From the NCBI GenBank assembly GCA_943359525.1, contig CALRHV010000003.1:521-64520 (forward strand): a stretch of DNA of 64,000 nucleotides. The letters run 5' to 3'. The translations under genes and the position numbers were made by a program. The notes below the pieces were generated by a model. It ran no database searches and had not been told where the DNA came from. It worked only from the letters and a program-made list of their open reading frames with translations. Origin of the DNA: Candidatus Uhrbacteria bacterium. GTDB taxonomy: Bacteria; Patescibacteriota; Patescibacteriia; UBA9934. This document shows positions 47,900 to 56,963 of this stretch, in pieces (position 1 is the stretch's first letter; every line of letters starts with the position of its first letter).

Positions 47900-48622
47900 A
47901 TGGCTTCTTTCTTCTTCACCATTCTCTACCAGCCGCTCTACAATCTTCTCGTCTTCATTTACACCGTTGCGCCATGGGGAGGACTTGGGCTCGCCATCAT
48001 CGTGATGACCATCATTGTGAAGAGTCTTGTGTTGCCACTCACGTACAAGTCGATGAAGGCACAGAAGGAGCTGCAAGAAATTCAACCAAAGATTGCGGAG
48101 ATTAAGGAAAAGTATAAGGAGGATAAAGAAACGATGGCAAAGGAGCTTATGAGTGTATACAAAGTGCACAACGTGAATCCGTTTGCGTCGTGTTTGCCAA
48201 CCATCGTGCAGCTCTTTGTATTCATTGCGTTGTATAAGGCGCTTGAGGCGGGTATTCACACGGTAGACCCTTCTATTCTGTACGATTTCGTTTCCAGTCC
48301 CGGAACGATGTCGCCATTCTTTTTAGGAATGGATCTTGGAAAGATATCAATTCCTCTCGCAGTGTTGTCTGCGGTGTGTCAGTACTTCCAGGCAAAGCAG
48401 ATGATTACTCGTCGTCCGCCAGCAGTGGCTCGCGGCACTGGCCCTGCGATGGATGAAGACATGACGGCCATAATGAACAAGATGATGGTGTACATGTTGC
48501 CGATCATGATGCTGGTTATTGGTGTGACGACATTAGTCGGGGGCGTTACGCTGTATATTTTTGTGAGCACCGCGTTTACCTACGCGATGTACGCATTGTT
48601 CTTGAGTCCAAAGAAGAGCTAG
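47900..48622 (+). CDS. yidC: membrane protein insertase YidC (short form)
   Basis: 'ILYQPLYNLLVFIY', 'PLTYKSMKAQKELQEIQPKIAEIKEKYK', 'GCLPTIVQ' YidC/Oxa1 conserved blocks; start at MASFFFT immediately after the nusA stop. Confidence 0.85.
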   Translation: MASFFFTILYQPLYNLLVFIYTVAPWGGLGLAIIVMTIIVKSLVLPLTYKSMKAQKELQEIQPKIAEIKEKYKEDKETMAKELMSVYKVHNVNPFASCLPTIVQLFVFIALYKALEAGIHTVDPSILYDFVSSPGTMSPFFLGMDLGKISIPLAVLSAVCQYFQAKQMITRRPPAVARGTGPAMDEDMTAIMNKMMVYMLPIMMLVIGVTTLVGGVTLYIFVSTAFTYAMYALFLSPKKS

Positions 48623-48629
48623 TTGGTTC

Positions 48630-49664
48630 GTGTACAATTGTTCCATTATGGCCCATCGCTTTTCGTGGCACATTTTTGGTGTCGTCGTGAGTGGACTCCT
48701 TGGCGTTGGACTTCTTTACGCGCTTCTTGCACAAGAGGGCTGGGAAAGTGTTCTGCAAAATATGAGCGCGTTTGGTATATGGCCGTTCATTGGCCTCGTG
48801 GGCATCTCGATGCTGAACTTCGTACTGTATAGCTTGCGTTGGACGATTATCCTGCACCGGCAGGTTACAGAGAAGAAACACAAGCTTTCGGTGTGGCGGA
48901 TGTACTGGCACCGCATGACTGGTTATGCAGTTGGTTACCTTACGCCATTGAACCAGGCGGGTGGCGAACCGGTTCGCGTCGCGTTACTCATGGCCGACGG
49001 TGTACCCGGAAAGAGCGCCGTGGCATCGGCAACGCTCGATATTGCATTTGAGCTCTGCTCCTACGTTGTGTTCATTACGCTTGGTGTGATTTTTGCGCTT
49101 GTTGGACACCAGGGCGGATCGGGGACGTTAATCATTATGGGTATTGGGCTGGCAATTGCATTCTTTGCGCTTCTTGCATTTTTCACAGCGCTCGGCCGAG
49201 GCAAGCCAATCGCGAAGCCGCTATTCCGTCGTTTACGGCTCGATCGCGTGAAGCGGTTTCGCGGCGTTGAGCGCTGGCTGGAGGAGACGGAGGAGCTGAT
49301 GCACGGATTTTTTGCTGGTGGCGGTTGGGTGGTGTTCGGAATTTCCGCACTTTCGATGGCAATGGTTGCGTTCCGCGTGGTGGAGACGTTGTATATCGCG
49401 TGGGGCTTTGGAGTAACGTTGAATTTTGCTCAAGCATTTTTGGCGAGTTCATTGCCGGGACTGGCGCTATTACTTCCAATTCCTGGCGGGCTCGGAATTT
49501 TCGAAGGAGGCTTTACTGCAGTATTCGCGGCGCTGAACGTTCCAATGGATCCTTTAGCATTCGCGTTAATGATTCGTTTGCGTGATGCCGTGTTTATCGT
49601 GCTTGGGGTGTTCCATATGATCCGAACCGGATCGGGCTGGGTGCTCAAAAAAGTGAAGGCATAA
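48630..49664 (+). CDS. lysylphosphatidylglycerol-synthase-TM-like / flippase-like polytopic membrane protein
   Basis: Eight or so TM helices, 'LPIPGGLGIFEG' motif typical of this family. Confidence 0.55.
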   Translation: MYNCSIMAHRFSWHIFGVVVSGLLGVGLLYALLAQEGWESVLQNMSAFGIWPFIGLVGISMLNFVLYSLRWTIILHRQVTEKKHKLSVWRMYWHRMTGYAVGYLTPLNQAGGEPVRVALLMADGVPGKSAVASATLDIAFELCSYVVFITLGVIFALVGHQGGSGTLIIMGIGLAIAFFALLAFFTALGRGKPIAKPLFRRLRLDRVKRFRGVERWLEETEELMHGFFAGGGWVVFGISALSMAMVAFRVVETLYIAWGFGVTLNFAQAFLASSLPGLALLLPIPGGLGIFEGGFTAVFAALNVPMDPLAFALMIRLRDAVFIVLGVFHMIRTGSGWVLKKVKA

Positions 49665-49666
49665 GT

Positions 49667-50620
49667 ATGCCAACCACACTCGAGCAATCGTTGTTTCGCC
49701 AGCTCGCGTACTTTGCCTATTTTCAGTTTCCACTCACGGCGCTTGAGCTTTGGAAATGGTCTGATGCACCGAACATCACAGTACTCGAGGTCGAGGAAGT
49801 ATTGCTGAATTCATCTTGGCTCCGGCTACAGGGATGCTCTTCGGATCAGGGTTTTTTCGCACTCGGCGACGCCGCCAAATGGAGATCTGAGCGTCTGTTT
49901 CGTGTGACCGACGCTCTTCGGAAGTCTCGTCAGACATCGCGTTTCGCAAAACTTGCGTCACGGCTGCCGTGGGTAAAGATGATTGCGGTGTGTAATTCGT
50001 TGGCATTTTCATTTACAAATCATGAAAGTGATATCGATCTCTTTGTTGTTACCGAGCGGGGAAAGATTTGGTCTACACGGCTGATTCTTGCCGGCGCACT
50101 TGCGTTGATGCGGGCACGGCCAGGCGAGCGAACGAAGGATCCGGTGTGTTTGAGTTTCTTCGTTGCTGATGATCGGCTCGACCTTTCCTCGGTGAAGATT
50201 GGATCGGAGGATCCGTATCTCATGTATTGGATTGCAACGCTTTCGCCACTGGTAGATCGAAGTGATGTTTTTGCAAGGCTCCGTGCCGCAAACGGCTGGA
50301 TGCGACCGGACATTCCTCGAGCGCAGGGCGTTTGTCGTGCCCAGGCTTACACGAATTGCACCGTTCGAACTCTTCCGAATATTTTTGGATTCGAGCGAGT
50401 TGCAGAACGAGTACAACGTGCGCGATTCCCCCTGATGCTTCGGAGAATGATGAACGCTGATACTCGCGTCGTTGTGACTGACAGCATGTTAAAATTTCAT
50501 CATAATGATCGTCGCCAAGATATCCTTGAGTCGTATGAAGCGCTTCTTTCCAAACTGGACGACGTTCTTCCTGTCCATCACGATCTTCCTCCTGCCGTGG
50601 CAAACGCGATGGATGTATAG
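49667..50620 (+). CDS. hypothetical protein, possible minimal nucleotidyltransferase fold
   Basis: 'NSLAFSFTNHESDIDLFVVTE' resembles the GS-x(n)-DxD nucleotidyltransferase motif. Confidence 0.35.
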   Translation: MPTTLEQSLFRQLAYFAYFQFPLTALELWKWSDAPNITVLEVEEVLLNSSWLRLQGCSSDQGFFALGDAAKWRSERLFRVTDALRKSRQTSRFAKLASRLPWVKMIAVCNSLAFSFTNHESDIDLFVVTERGKIWSTRLILAGALALMRARPGERTKDPVCLSFFVADDRLDLSSVKIGSEDPYLMYWIATLSPLVDRSDVFARLRAANGWMRPDIPRAQGVCRAQAYTNCTVRTLPNIFGFERVAERVQRARFPLMLRRMMNADTRVVVTDSMLKFHHNDRRQDILESYEALLSKLDDVLPVHHDLPPAVANAMDV

Positions 50621-51860
50621 CGAGGTTTCAATTGCCGGGGCACACACAGAGTTTGGTGTAATGAGTCTGTATGTCGTTGAATTGCTGCTCGCGGCCGCAC
50701 TCATTGGTGGAATCATTTTTGATCGAAAATGGTTGACGGTTGAAAGAAAGCGTCAATTACCGATTCGTTTTGGCGCGATTGTGCTCGTCGTTGCGATGCT
50801 CGGCACGGCATTTGCAGATCGCTCGCTTTTTTCGCTTTCCATGGCGACGCATCTCGCTTTTTCCTATGCGCTGTTTGTTGCGATTCTTATTGATCGTGTG
50901 AGCGCAAAGCATCTTCTCTTCGCATTCGTCGCATCGCTCATCGCGCCGCTGATACTTGGCATCATTCAGGTTTTCGGGGGAACTTCACCAGCAATCACCT
51001 GGCTTGGTGTTGCATTCCGAGACGCGGCACAGCTTGGTGACGCGGTGTTTACCGTTGGCGGTGAGCGTATGCTTCGCGCCTACGGAAGCTTCCCGCATCC
51101 AAACGTGTTTGGTGGATTCCTTGGCGTTGGATTGTTCGCGTGGTGGGGGACGATGGCGAGTGTTCGGCGAGAGTGGGGGAATCGAAGACAGAGTATCGTC
51201 ACAGGCGTCGGAACGATTATTCTCATCATCGGCATGCTTCTGACGGGTTCTCGATCCGCGTTTCTCGGGTTGTTCGTTGGGCTTGCGATTGTGTTTGTGG
51301 TGAAGTCAATCCCTTCGATGAAGATTGCTCGACCCACTGCAGCTGCGCTCGGCATTGTCGCGGTTCTCGGCTCGTTGTTCGCATCGTTTTATCTTACCGA
51401 CCTTGCCTCGAGTATTCGTGGTGGAGGAGTGAATGAAGAGCGATCGTTGGTTGAGCGCGTTGCGCTTTACGAAGACTTTGTGCCGTTTATGGCAGCAACG
51501 AATCCCGTTGTCGGTCACGGACTGGGTTCATATGTTTTGTCGTTTTCTGATTTTGAACCAGGAAAAAATGCCTTCGATTATCAGCCAATTCATAACGTGC
51601 CGCTGCTTATTTTTGCTGAGCTTGGTCTATTAGGGGTTCTCGCAATACTGTGTTGGGCTGCGAGCATTGATCGGATGAACTTTTCTCGATTCCCACATCG
51701 CGACGCGCTCTACGCCTTTGGCATGGGGAATGTGATTTTGATGATCTTTTTCTTTGATCATTATCTCTGGTCGTCTTGGTCCGGGCTTTCACTCATCGCG
51801 TTTGTGATGGGGATGACGGTGCGGTTGGGGGAGGAGAAGGAGGCGAGGGGACCGAACTGA
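50613..51860 (+). CDS. O-antigen ligase/polymerase-like (Wzy_C) polytopic membrane protein
   Basis: About 10 TM helices, periplasmic loop 'GSRSAFLGLFVGLAI'; start uncertain (50505/50535/50613); 50613 gives an 8-nt overlap. Confidence 0.55.
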   Translation: MYSEVSIAGAHTEFGVMSLYVVELLLAAALIGGIIFDRKWLTVERKRQLPIRFGAIVLVVAMLGTAFADRSLFSLSMATHLAFSYALFVAILIDRVSAKHLLFAFVASLIAPLILGIIQVFGGTSPAITWLGVAFRDAAQLGDAVFTVGGERMLRAYGSFPHPNVFGGFLGVGLFAWWGTMASVRREWGNRRQSIVTGVGTIILIIGMLLTGSRSAFLGLFVGLAIVFVVKSIPSMKIARPTAAALGIVAVLGSLFASFYLTDLASSIRGGGVNEERSLVERVALYEDFVPFMAATNPVVGHGLGSYVLSFSDFEPGKNAFDYQPIHNVPLLIFAELGLLGVLAILCWAASIDRMNFSRFPHRDALYAFGMGNVILMIFFFDHYLWSSWSGLSLIAFVMGMTVRLGEEKEARGPN

Positions 51861-51887
51861 ATCTTTGAATGGGTTGGGTTGAGCTAT

Positions 51888-51962
51888 AAAACCCTCCCCC
51901 TGCCAAGGCGCTCGACGAACCTGAGTTGGGTGAGGAGAGTGAGTAGGAGGGGGTCTGAGCCT
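51888..51962. repeat. left arm of a roughly 75-bp inverted repeat pair (partner at 52244-52325)
   Basis: The reverse complement aligns to the right arm at about 80% identity (tcagaccccctcc...cactctcctc...cgtcgagcgccttgg.agggggaggg). Confidence 0.5.
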
Positions 51963-52243
51963 TTGATGGGATTGGGACGAGACGAATCCGGAGAGTCCGA
52001 GGTACTGTGACAGAAAACGATACCCTCTTTTTTGAGGGTTTTAAAACGTGGCAACAAAATCCATTGAGAAATTGAAATCGATGAAAAGTGAAATCGATCT
52101 CAGAAATGCATCCTCATCGATCGTGGGCAGCATTATCGCCGGCCTCGGAGATTGTCAGAATCGACCGGTGTTTTCTTGCTGCGAATCATTCGCATTACCA
52201 AAACACCCTATTTAAAATCGAATACCTCGAGCTCGCCGATGAG

Positions 52244-52325
52244 GCCCAAAAGTCAGACCCCCTCCACCCACTCTCCTCGTCCGGCTCGGGACTCGTCGAG
52301 CGCCTTGGTAGGGGGAGGGCCTTTT
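52244..52325. repeat. right arm of the inverted repeat, about 120 nt upstream of groES
   Basis: See left arm. Confidence 0.5.
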
Positions 52326-52443
52326 CCGCCTCATCACAACCCCCTCAAAGATCAGGCATTTTTCCTTCGGGAAAGCAAGATTTATTGTTATTTCTCTAGA
52401 AATCTCGTAAGCTTACGCACGTTAAGATTTCACATTTTTCTCT

Positions 52444-52728
52444 ATGCAACTTCGCCCACTCGGAGGTCATATCATTGTTGAGCCACAGGAAAGAGAAACA
52501 AAAACAGCGTCGGGAATTTATCTTCCGGATGCGGGTGAAAAGCGTCAGGGTCAGGGAGTTGTCATTGCTATCGGTCCAGGAAAGATCGAGAAAGGCGAGC
52601 GACAGCCAGTGGAGGTAAAGGTTGGTGATGTCGTCGTGTTCAAGCAATACGCGCCAGACGAAGTCAAGCTCGAGAGCAAAACATTTCTGATTGTTTCCGT
52701 AGATGACGTCACTGCAGTTATCGAATAA
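52444..52728 (+). CDS. groES: co-chaperonin GroES
   Basis: 'LRPLGGHIIVEP...SGIYLPD...GVVIAIGPG' canonical GroES. Confidence 0.9.
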   Translation: MQLRPLGGHIIVEPQERETKTASGIYLPDAGEKRQGQGVVIAIGPGKIEKGERQPVEVKVGDVVVFKQYAPDEVKLESKTFLIVSVDDVTAVIE

Positions 52729-52732
52729 TTCT

Positions 52733-54355
52733 ATGGCAAAGACTATTGTTTTTAGCGATGACGCACGGAAGAAAATGAAGGACGGTGTTGATCAGCTTGC
52801 GAGCGCAGTGAAAGTGACCATGGGCCCGCGTGGACGAACGGTGATTATCGATCGCGGTTTTGGTTCGCCAATGGTGACGAAGGATGGTGTGTCGGTGGCG
52901 AAGGAAATCGAACTTGCCGATAAACTCGAAAATCTCGGCGCAACGCTCGTGAAGGAAGCAGCGAGCAAAACAAATGATGTTGCCGGCGACGGAACAACAA
53001 CGGCCGTTGTTCTTGCGCAGTCGATCGTTTCCGAGGGATTGCGTGTGGTTTCGGCTGGCGTAAACTCGCAAGCGCTTCGCCGGGGAATCGAAAAAGGTGT
53101 TGAGGCGATTGTAAAAAAGATTGCAGAGATCTCAACGCCAGTTCACGGGAACGCTATCGAACAGGTTGCATCGATTTCAGCGAACGATCCAGAAATCGGC
53201 AAGATGATTGCAGAGGCGATGAAGAAGGTGAGCGAGAACGGCGTCATCACCGTCGAAGAGGGTCAGTCATTCGGAATCGAAGTTGATGTGGTCGAGGGCA
53301 TGCAATTCGACAAGGGCTACGTTTCGCCATACATGGTAACGAATTCCGAGCGCATGGAGGCGGTGTATAACGATGTTCCGGTGCTCGTGACAAGCGAAAA
53401 AATCAGCAGCATGCAATTGCTGATGCCGATTTTGGAAAAGCTTCTTGCAACAGGCCGAAAGGATCTCGTCATCATCGCGGAAGACGTTGAAGGCGAAGCA
53501 ATGACTGCGCTTGTGCTCAATAAGCTCCGTGGTGCGTTGAACGTGTTGGCAATCAAAGCACCAGCATACGGCGATCGTCGGAAGGCGATGCTTGAAGATA
53601 TCGCGATCGTCACTGGCGCAAAGTTCATCTCGCCAGAGACGGGAATGAAATTTGAAACGCTCGAGCTTGCCGATCTTGGTCATGCACGTCGCGTGATTTC
53701 CACGAAAGACACCACGACGATCGTGGAAGGCGCTGGTGATAAGGCTGCAATCGCGGATCGTGTCGTCAATATTAAGGCACAGCTTGAGAACTCGGATTCG
53801 GATTTTGACAAAGAAAAGTTCCGCGAACGCATGGCAAAGATTTCCGGTGGAGTTGCTGTCATCAAGGTCGGCGCAGCGAGCGAGGTGGAGATGAAAGAGA
53901 AGAAACATCGTATCGAGGATGCCGTTGCTGCAACAAAAGCAGCCATCGAAGAGGGAATCGTTGCTGGTGGTGGTGTGGCGTTGATTCGTGCGAAGGCTGT
54001 GCTTGCCGATCTCGTTGTGAGTGCTGATGAAAAGATTGGTATCGACATTTTGAGCCGCGCGGTTGAGTCGCCGCTTCGTCAGATTGCGGAGAATGCTGGT
54101 CACGAAGGCGGTGTTATCGTTGAACGCGTAAAGACGATGACGGGAAACAACGGATGGGATGCTGCTCTGGATAAAGACGTGGATATGGTGGAAGTCGGCA
54201 TCATTGACCCGGCGAAAGTGACGCGCTCTGCGCTTCAGAACGCGGCGTCGGTTGCGGTGATGATCCTCACGACTGAAGCAGCGATCACCGAGGTTCCGAA
54301 ATCGGAGAAAGAGAGTTCGGCGGGAGCTGGGGGAGGAATGGGAGACATGTACTAG
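52733..54355 (+). CDS. groEL: chaperonin GroEL
   Basis: 'MAKTIVFSDDARKKM...TMGPRGRTVIID...AGDGTTTA' and C-terminal GGM repeat 'GGGMGDMY'; start at the internal MAKTIVF. Confidence 0.95.
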   Translation: MAKTIVFSDDARKKMKDGVDQLASAVKVTMGPRGRTVIIDRGFGSPMVTKDGVSVAKEIELADKLENLGATLVKEAASKTNDVAGDGTTTAVVLAQSIVSEGLRVVSAGVNSQALRRGIEKGVEAIVKKIAEISTPVHGNAIEQVASISANDPEIGKMIAEAMKKVSENGVITVEEGQSFGIEVDVVEGMQFDKGYVSPYMVTNSERMEAVYNDVPVLVTSEKISSMQLLMPILEKLLATGRKDLVIIAEDVEGEAMTALVLNKLRGALNVLAIKAPAYGDRRKAMLEDIAIVTGAKFISPETGMKFETLELADLGHARRVISTKDTTTIVEGAGDKAAIADRVVNIKAQLENSDSDFDKEKFRERMAKISGGVAVIKVGAASEVEMKEKKHRIEDAVAATKAAIEEGIVAGGGVALIRAKAVLADLVVSADEKIGIDILSRAVESPLRQIAENAGHEGGVIVERVKTMTGNNGWDAALDKDVDMVEVGIIDPAKVTRSALQNAASVAVMILTTEAAITEVPKSEKESSAGAGGGMGDMY

Positions 54356-54811
54356 AATCGATTGCGAAAGAAAACAAATTTGTGTTATCCTCGATGCGTA
54401 CGGTGTGCGAGGGGAAAGGATCGTCGCAGAGTTCGGGGAATGGAAAGGGGAGCGGGTTCGGAAGAAAAACAGAGACGATCGAGAGGTCTTACAGGGAGCA
54501 ATCCTTGACGCGGTTTCGGCTGCGCTCCGGTTTGGGTAATCGCGGGGAGGTGGAAAGTCTCCGTGAAAATGGTGGTAGCTGAAAAGCGCATCAGTCGTGA
54601 GTCCTGAATTTCCTCACAGGCACGGCCCTTTGATCGGGTGAAAAGACCAGACCAACAGCTAAGGCGACCTTATGGTCACAAATCGGACGAGCTGATGAAG
54701 TTCGTCTTCCGCAAGGACGGTTGGGGAGCCGGATGCCGAAGCTTTGGGCGTGTTCTTTGGCCAAAAGCTGGAGGACTACAACGCGGTACTTTCGCACACC
54801 ACCCTTACGAG

Positions 54812-54854
54812 AAGCACTTTCGGCCACACGCGGCTGGAAGTGCTTCTTCATTTT
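54812..54854 (+). terminator. rho-independent terminator AAGCACTT-[tcggccacacgcggctgg]-AAGTGCTT followed by CTTCATTTT
   Basis: 8-bp perfect stem with a structured loop and a 3' U-tract on the + strand, about 455 nt downstream of the groEL stop. Confidence 0.45.
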
Positions 54855-54859
54855 ACAGT

Positions 54860-54902
54860 CGTATAAAACGCGATGAGCCCGACTTCTCGCGAAGCCGGGC
54901 TC
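54860..54902 (-). terminator. terminator of the LysM gene: GAGCCCGGCTTC-gcga-GAAGTCGGGCTC followed by AUCGCGUUUUAUAC
   Basis: 12-bp stem (one mismatch) with a U-tract on the minus strand immediately 3' of the 54935 stop. Confidence 0.5.
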
Positions 54903-54934
54903 TCGTGGGGTTCTGACCGGCGCCGTCGCGCGGG

Positions 54935-55417
54935 TCATTTCTCGTTGGTTGCCATTTGCGGCACCGGGACATTCACGATCTGTCCGATCTTCAGCTTGTC
55001 GACCGCGACGATGTCGTGGTTGGCCTCGATCATCTCCATGCGGCTTACTCCATAGAGCTTACCGATGCTCGCCAGGTGCTCACCGTTCTTCACGGTGTGT
55101 TTCCGCGGGGCGTTGCTCGGAGCCTCGGTCGCGGTCGCGGGCTGCTGCGGCGCGATCTGGGTCGCCGTCGTGCCGTGCCCGCCGAAAGCGATGAAACTCA
55201 CGGTCAGGAGCGCCAGGACCAGGACTGCGATGCCGACGTTGCGCTTGTCGGAGAGGACCAAACGTCCTTTCCGCTTGGCCCAGCCGTAGGCTGCGCTGGC
55301 GCCAGCGCTGAGGTCTCGCATCATCTCGATGAGGCCTCGGGCGTCTGGGTGCACCCCCATGTTGAGGAGTTCTTCGTCCGACAGGCGGGGAGGAGAGACA
55401 GGAGGATCAGTGTTCAT
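54935..55417 (-). CDS. membrane-anchored LysM-domain protein
   Basis: C-terminal LysM 'HTVKNGEHLASIGKLYGVSRMEMIEANHDIVAVDKLKIGQIVNVP'; one TM. Confidence 0.65.
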   Translation of the reverse strand: MNTDPPVSPPRLSDEELLNMGVHPDARGLIEMMRDLSAGASAAYGWAKRKGRLVLSDKRNVGIAVLVLALLTVSFIAFGGHGTTATQIAPQQPATATEAPSNAPRKHTVKNGEHLASIGKLYGVSRMEMIEANHDIVAVDKLKIGQIVNVPVPQMATNEK

Positions 55418-55522
55418 TGGGAGACTCCAACGCGATTCTACCGCATTTTGGCCGAAAAGTCCACCTTCGTGGCTATTCTCGGGCCAGTTTGGTATTGTAT
55501 AGGTATTCTTGACCCCTATTTT

Positions 55523-55837
55523 ATGCAGAATTCAAACGATCGTTTGATGGCGGCACTTGGGTACGTTGGAGCGCTGTGTCTTATTCCACTCATTTTTGCT
55601 CGGCATTCCGCATTCGCTCAGGTGCATGCTAAGCAAGGACTCGTCCTTTCGCTCATCGCTATTGTGGTAAAAGTGCTTGCATCTGGTTTGTGGCGCGTCC
55701 CGTTTGGCGGCCTATTAGTTACGGTTGTGTTGTTAGCAATCCTTATTGCCGCGATTATGGGAATAGTGAAGGCGCTGCAGGGCGAGCATTTCGAAATTCC
55801 ATACGTAAGCGATTGGGCACGTAAGATTCACTTCTAA
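55523..55837 (+). CDS. small three-TM membrane protein, hypothetical
   Basis: Only the hydrophobic C-terminal third (from MQNSNDRLMAALGY...) of track ORF 54956-55837 is plausible; the rest is antisense to the LysM gene. Confidence 0.4.
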   Translation: MQNSNDRLMAALGYVGALCLIPLIFARHSAFAQVHAKQGLVLSLIAIVVKVLASGLWRVPFGGLLVTVVLLAILIAAIMGIVKALQGEHFEIPYVSDWARKIHF

Positions 55838-55846
55838 GATCGGCGC

Positions 55847-56959
55847 ATGTCGCTTTTGGACGACAAACTCAAAAACCTCGATGAGCGCCACGGCCTTGCG
55901 GTTGTGGCGCTTGGGCTTGAGGCATCTCGTGCTCGAGCCATTGAGCTTGAAGGCGACATGAGTGATCCTGGATTTTGGAACGACCAAGAAAGCGCGCGAA
56001 AGGTTGCGCAAGAGGCAGCTGATCTGAAGAAGGAAGTTGAAGCGTGGGATGCGATTGGAAAGCAGATCGTCGAGAATCGCGATATTGTGGCGATGGCGGA
56101 ATCGGAAGGAAGTACCGAGGATAAACACGAAGCGGATCGTCTCGTCACCGATCTTGAGCAGCGTTTTACGGCCATGGAATTTCAGATGCTGTTTTCTGGT
56201 GAATACGACACGCGCAATGCAGTCCTTTCTATTCATGCTGGCGCCGGTGGAACCGACGCGAATGACTGGGTAGCGATGTTGCTCCGTATGTTCATGCGAT
56301 TTGCAGAGCGAAAAGGCTTTGTGGTCGACATTCTTGATGAGTCACGTGGCGAAGAGGCGGGGTACAAGAGTGTGACGATCGCGGTTCGTGGGCGCTATGG
56401 ATACGGATTTCTCCGATCCGAAGCTGGCGTGCATCGCCTCGTTCGTATTTCTCCGTTCGATGGTGAGAAGATGCGTCATACCACATTCGCACTCGTTGAA
56501 GTCCTTCCAGAATTTGCCGCCATGGATGCCGCAACGGTTGAGCTCGACATGGACGACGTGCGTATTGATACGTTTCTGTCGTCGGGTAAAGGTGGTCAGT
56601 CCGTGAACACCACGTATAGTGCAGTTCGTGTCACGCATCTTCCAACAGGAATTTCCGTGAGCTGTCAGAATGAGCGATCGCAGTTGCAGAACAAAGAAAC
56701 GGCACTGAATGTGCTGAAAGCGAAGCTTTTCCAGCTCATGGTGACGGCGCGTGCGGAAAAGCTTTCCGATATTAAGGGCGAACATAAAACTGCGGCGTGG
56801 GGGAATCAGATTCGCAGCTATGTGCTGCATCCGTATAAAATGGTGAAAGACCATCGAACGGATATCGAAACATCGGACACGGATTCGGTACTCGATGGAG
56901 AGATACTGCCATACATCGAAGCGTTCCTTCGATCTGATGCGGAGAAGCGAAATCAATAA
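55847..56959 (+). CDS. prfB: peptide chain release factor 2, encoded without the programmed +1 frameshift
   Basis: RF2-specific 'SPF' tripeptide, 'GGQSVNTTYSAVRVTHLPTGI' GGQ motif; single uninterrupted 370-aa frame. Confidence 0.85.
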   Translation: MSLLDDKLKNLDERHGLAVVALGLEASRARAIELEGDMSDPGFWNDQESARKVAQEAADLKKEVEAWDAIGKQIVENRDIVAMAESEGSTEDKHEADRLVTDLEQRFTAMEFQMLFSGEYDTRNAVLSIHAGAGGTDANDWVAMLLRMFMRFAERKGFVVDILDESRGEEAGYKSVTIAVRGRYGYGFLRSEAGVHRLVRISPFDGEKMRHTTFALVEVLPEFAAMDAATVELDMDDVRIDTFLSSGKGGQSVNTTYSAVRVTHLPTGISVSCQNERSQLQNKETALNVLKAKLFQLMVTARAEKLSDIKGEHKTAAWGNQIRSYVLHPYKMVKDHRTDIETSDTDSVLDGEILPYIEAFLRSDAEKRNQ

Positions 56960-56963
56960 CATT

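Noticed and set aside
52088-52481. ORFs of 103 aa (52088-52399) and 109 aa (52152-52481) inside the groES-upstream inverted-repeat region
   Set aside because: They cover the right repeat arm, are Ser/Pro/Gly-rich and overlap each other. They are more plausibly non-coding.
54360-54855. RNase P RNA, tmRNA or SRP RNA identity for the groEL-downstream spacer
   Set aside because: A 'GGAAAGUC' string is present, but I could not find the complementary P4 3' strand (ACAGAA.CCGG...). I found no tRNA-like acceptor/T-arm with CCA on either strand and no CCGGAAGGAAGCAGC SRP motif. The call is left as an unknown candidate ncRNA.
54382-54938. Short ORFs (66, 68, 92, 115 aa) in the groEL-LysM spacer
   Set aside because: They are Gly/Arg/Ser-rich with no motifs, they overlap each other, and the region reads better as non-coding with terminator hairpins.
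54956-55837. 293-aa + ORF spanning the LysM gene antisense
   Set aside because: The first 190 codons are antisense to a gene with a clear LysM domain and have Arg/Asp-rich low complexity. Only the hydrophobic C-terminal part (55523-55837) was kept.
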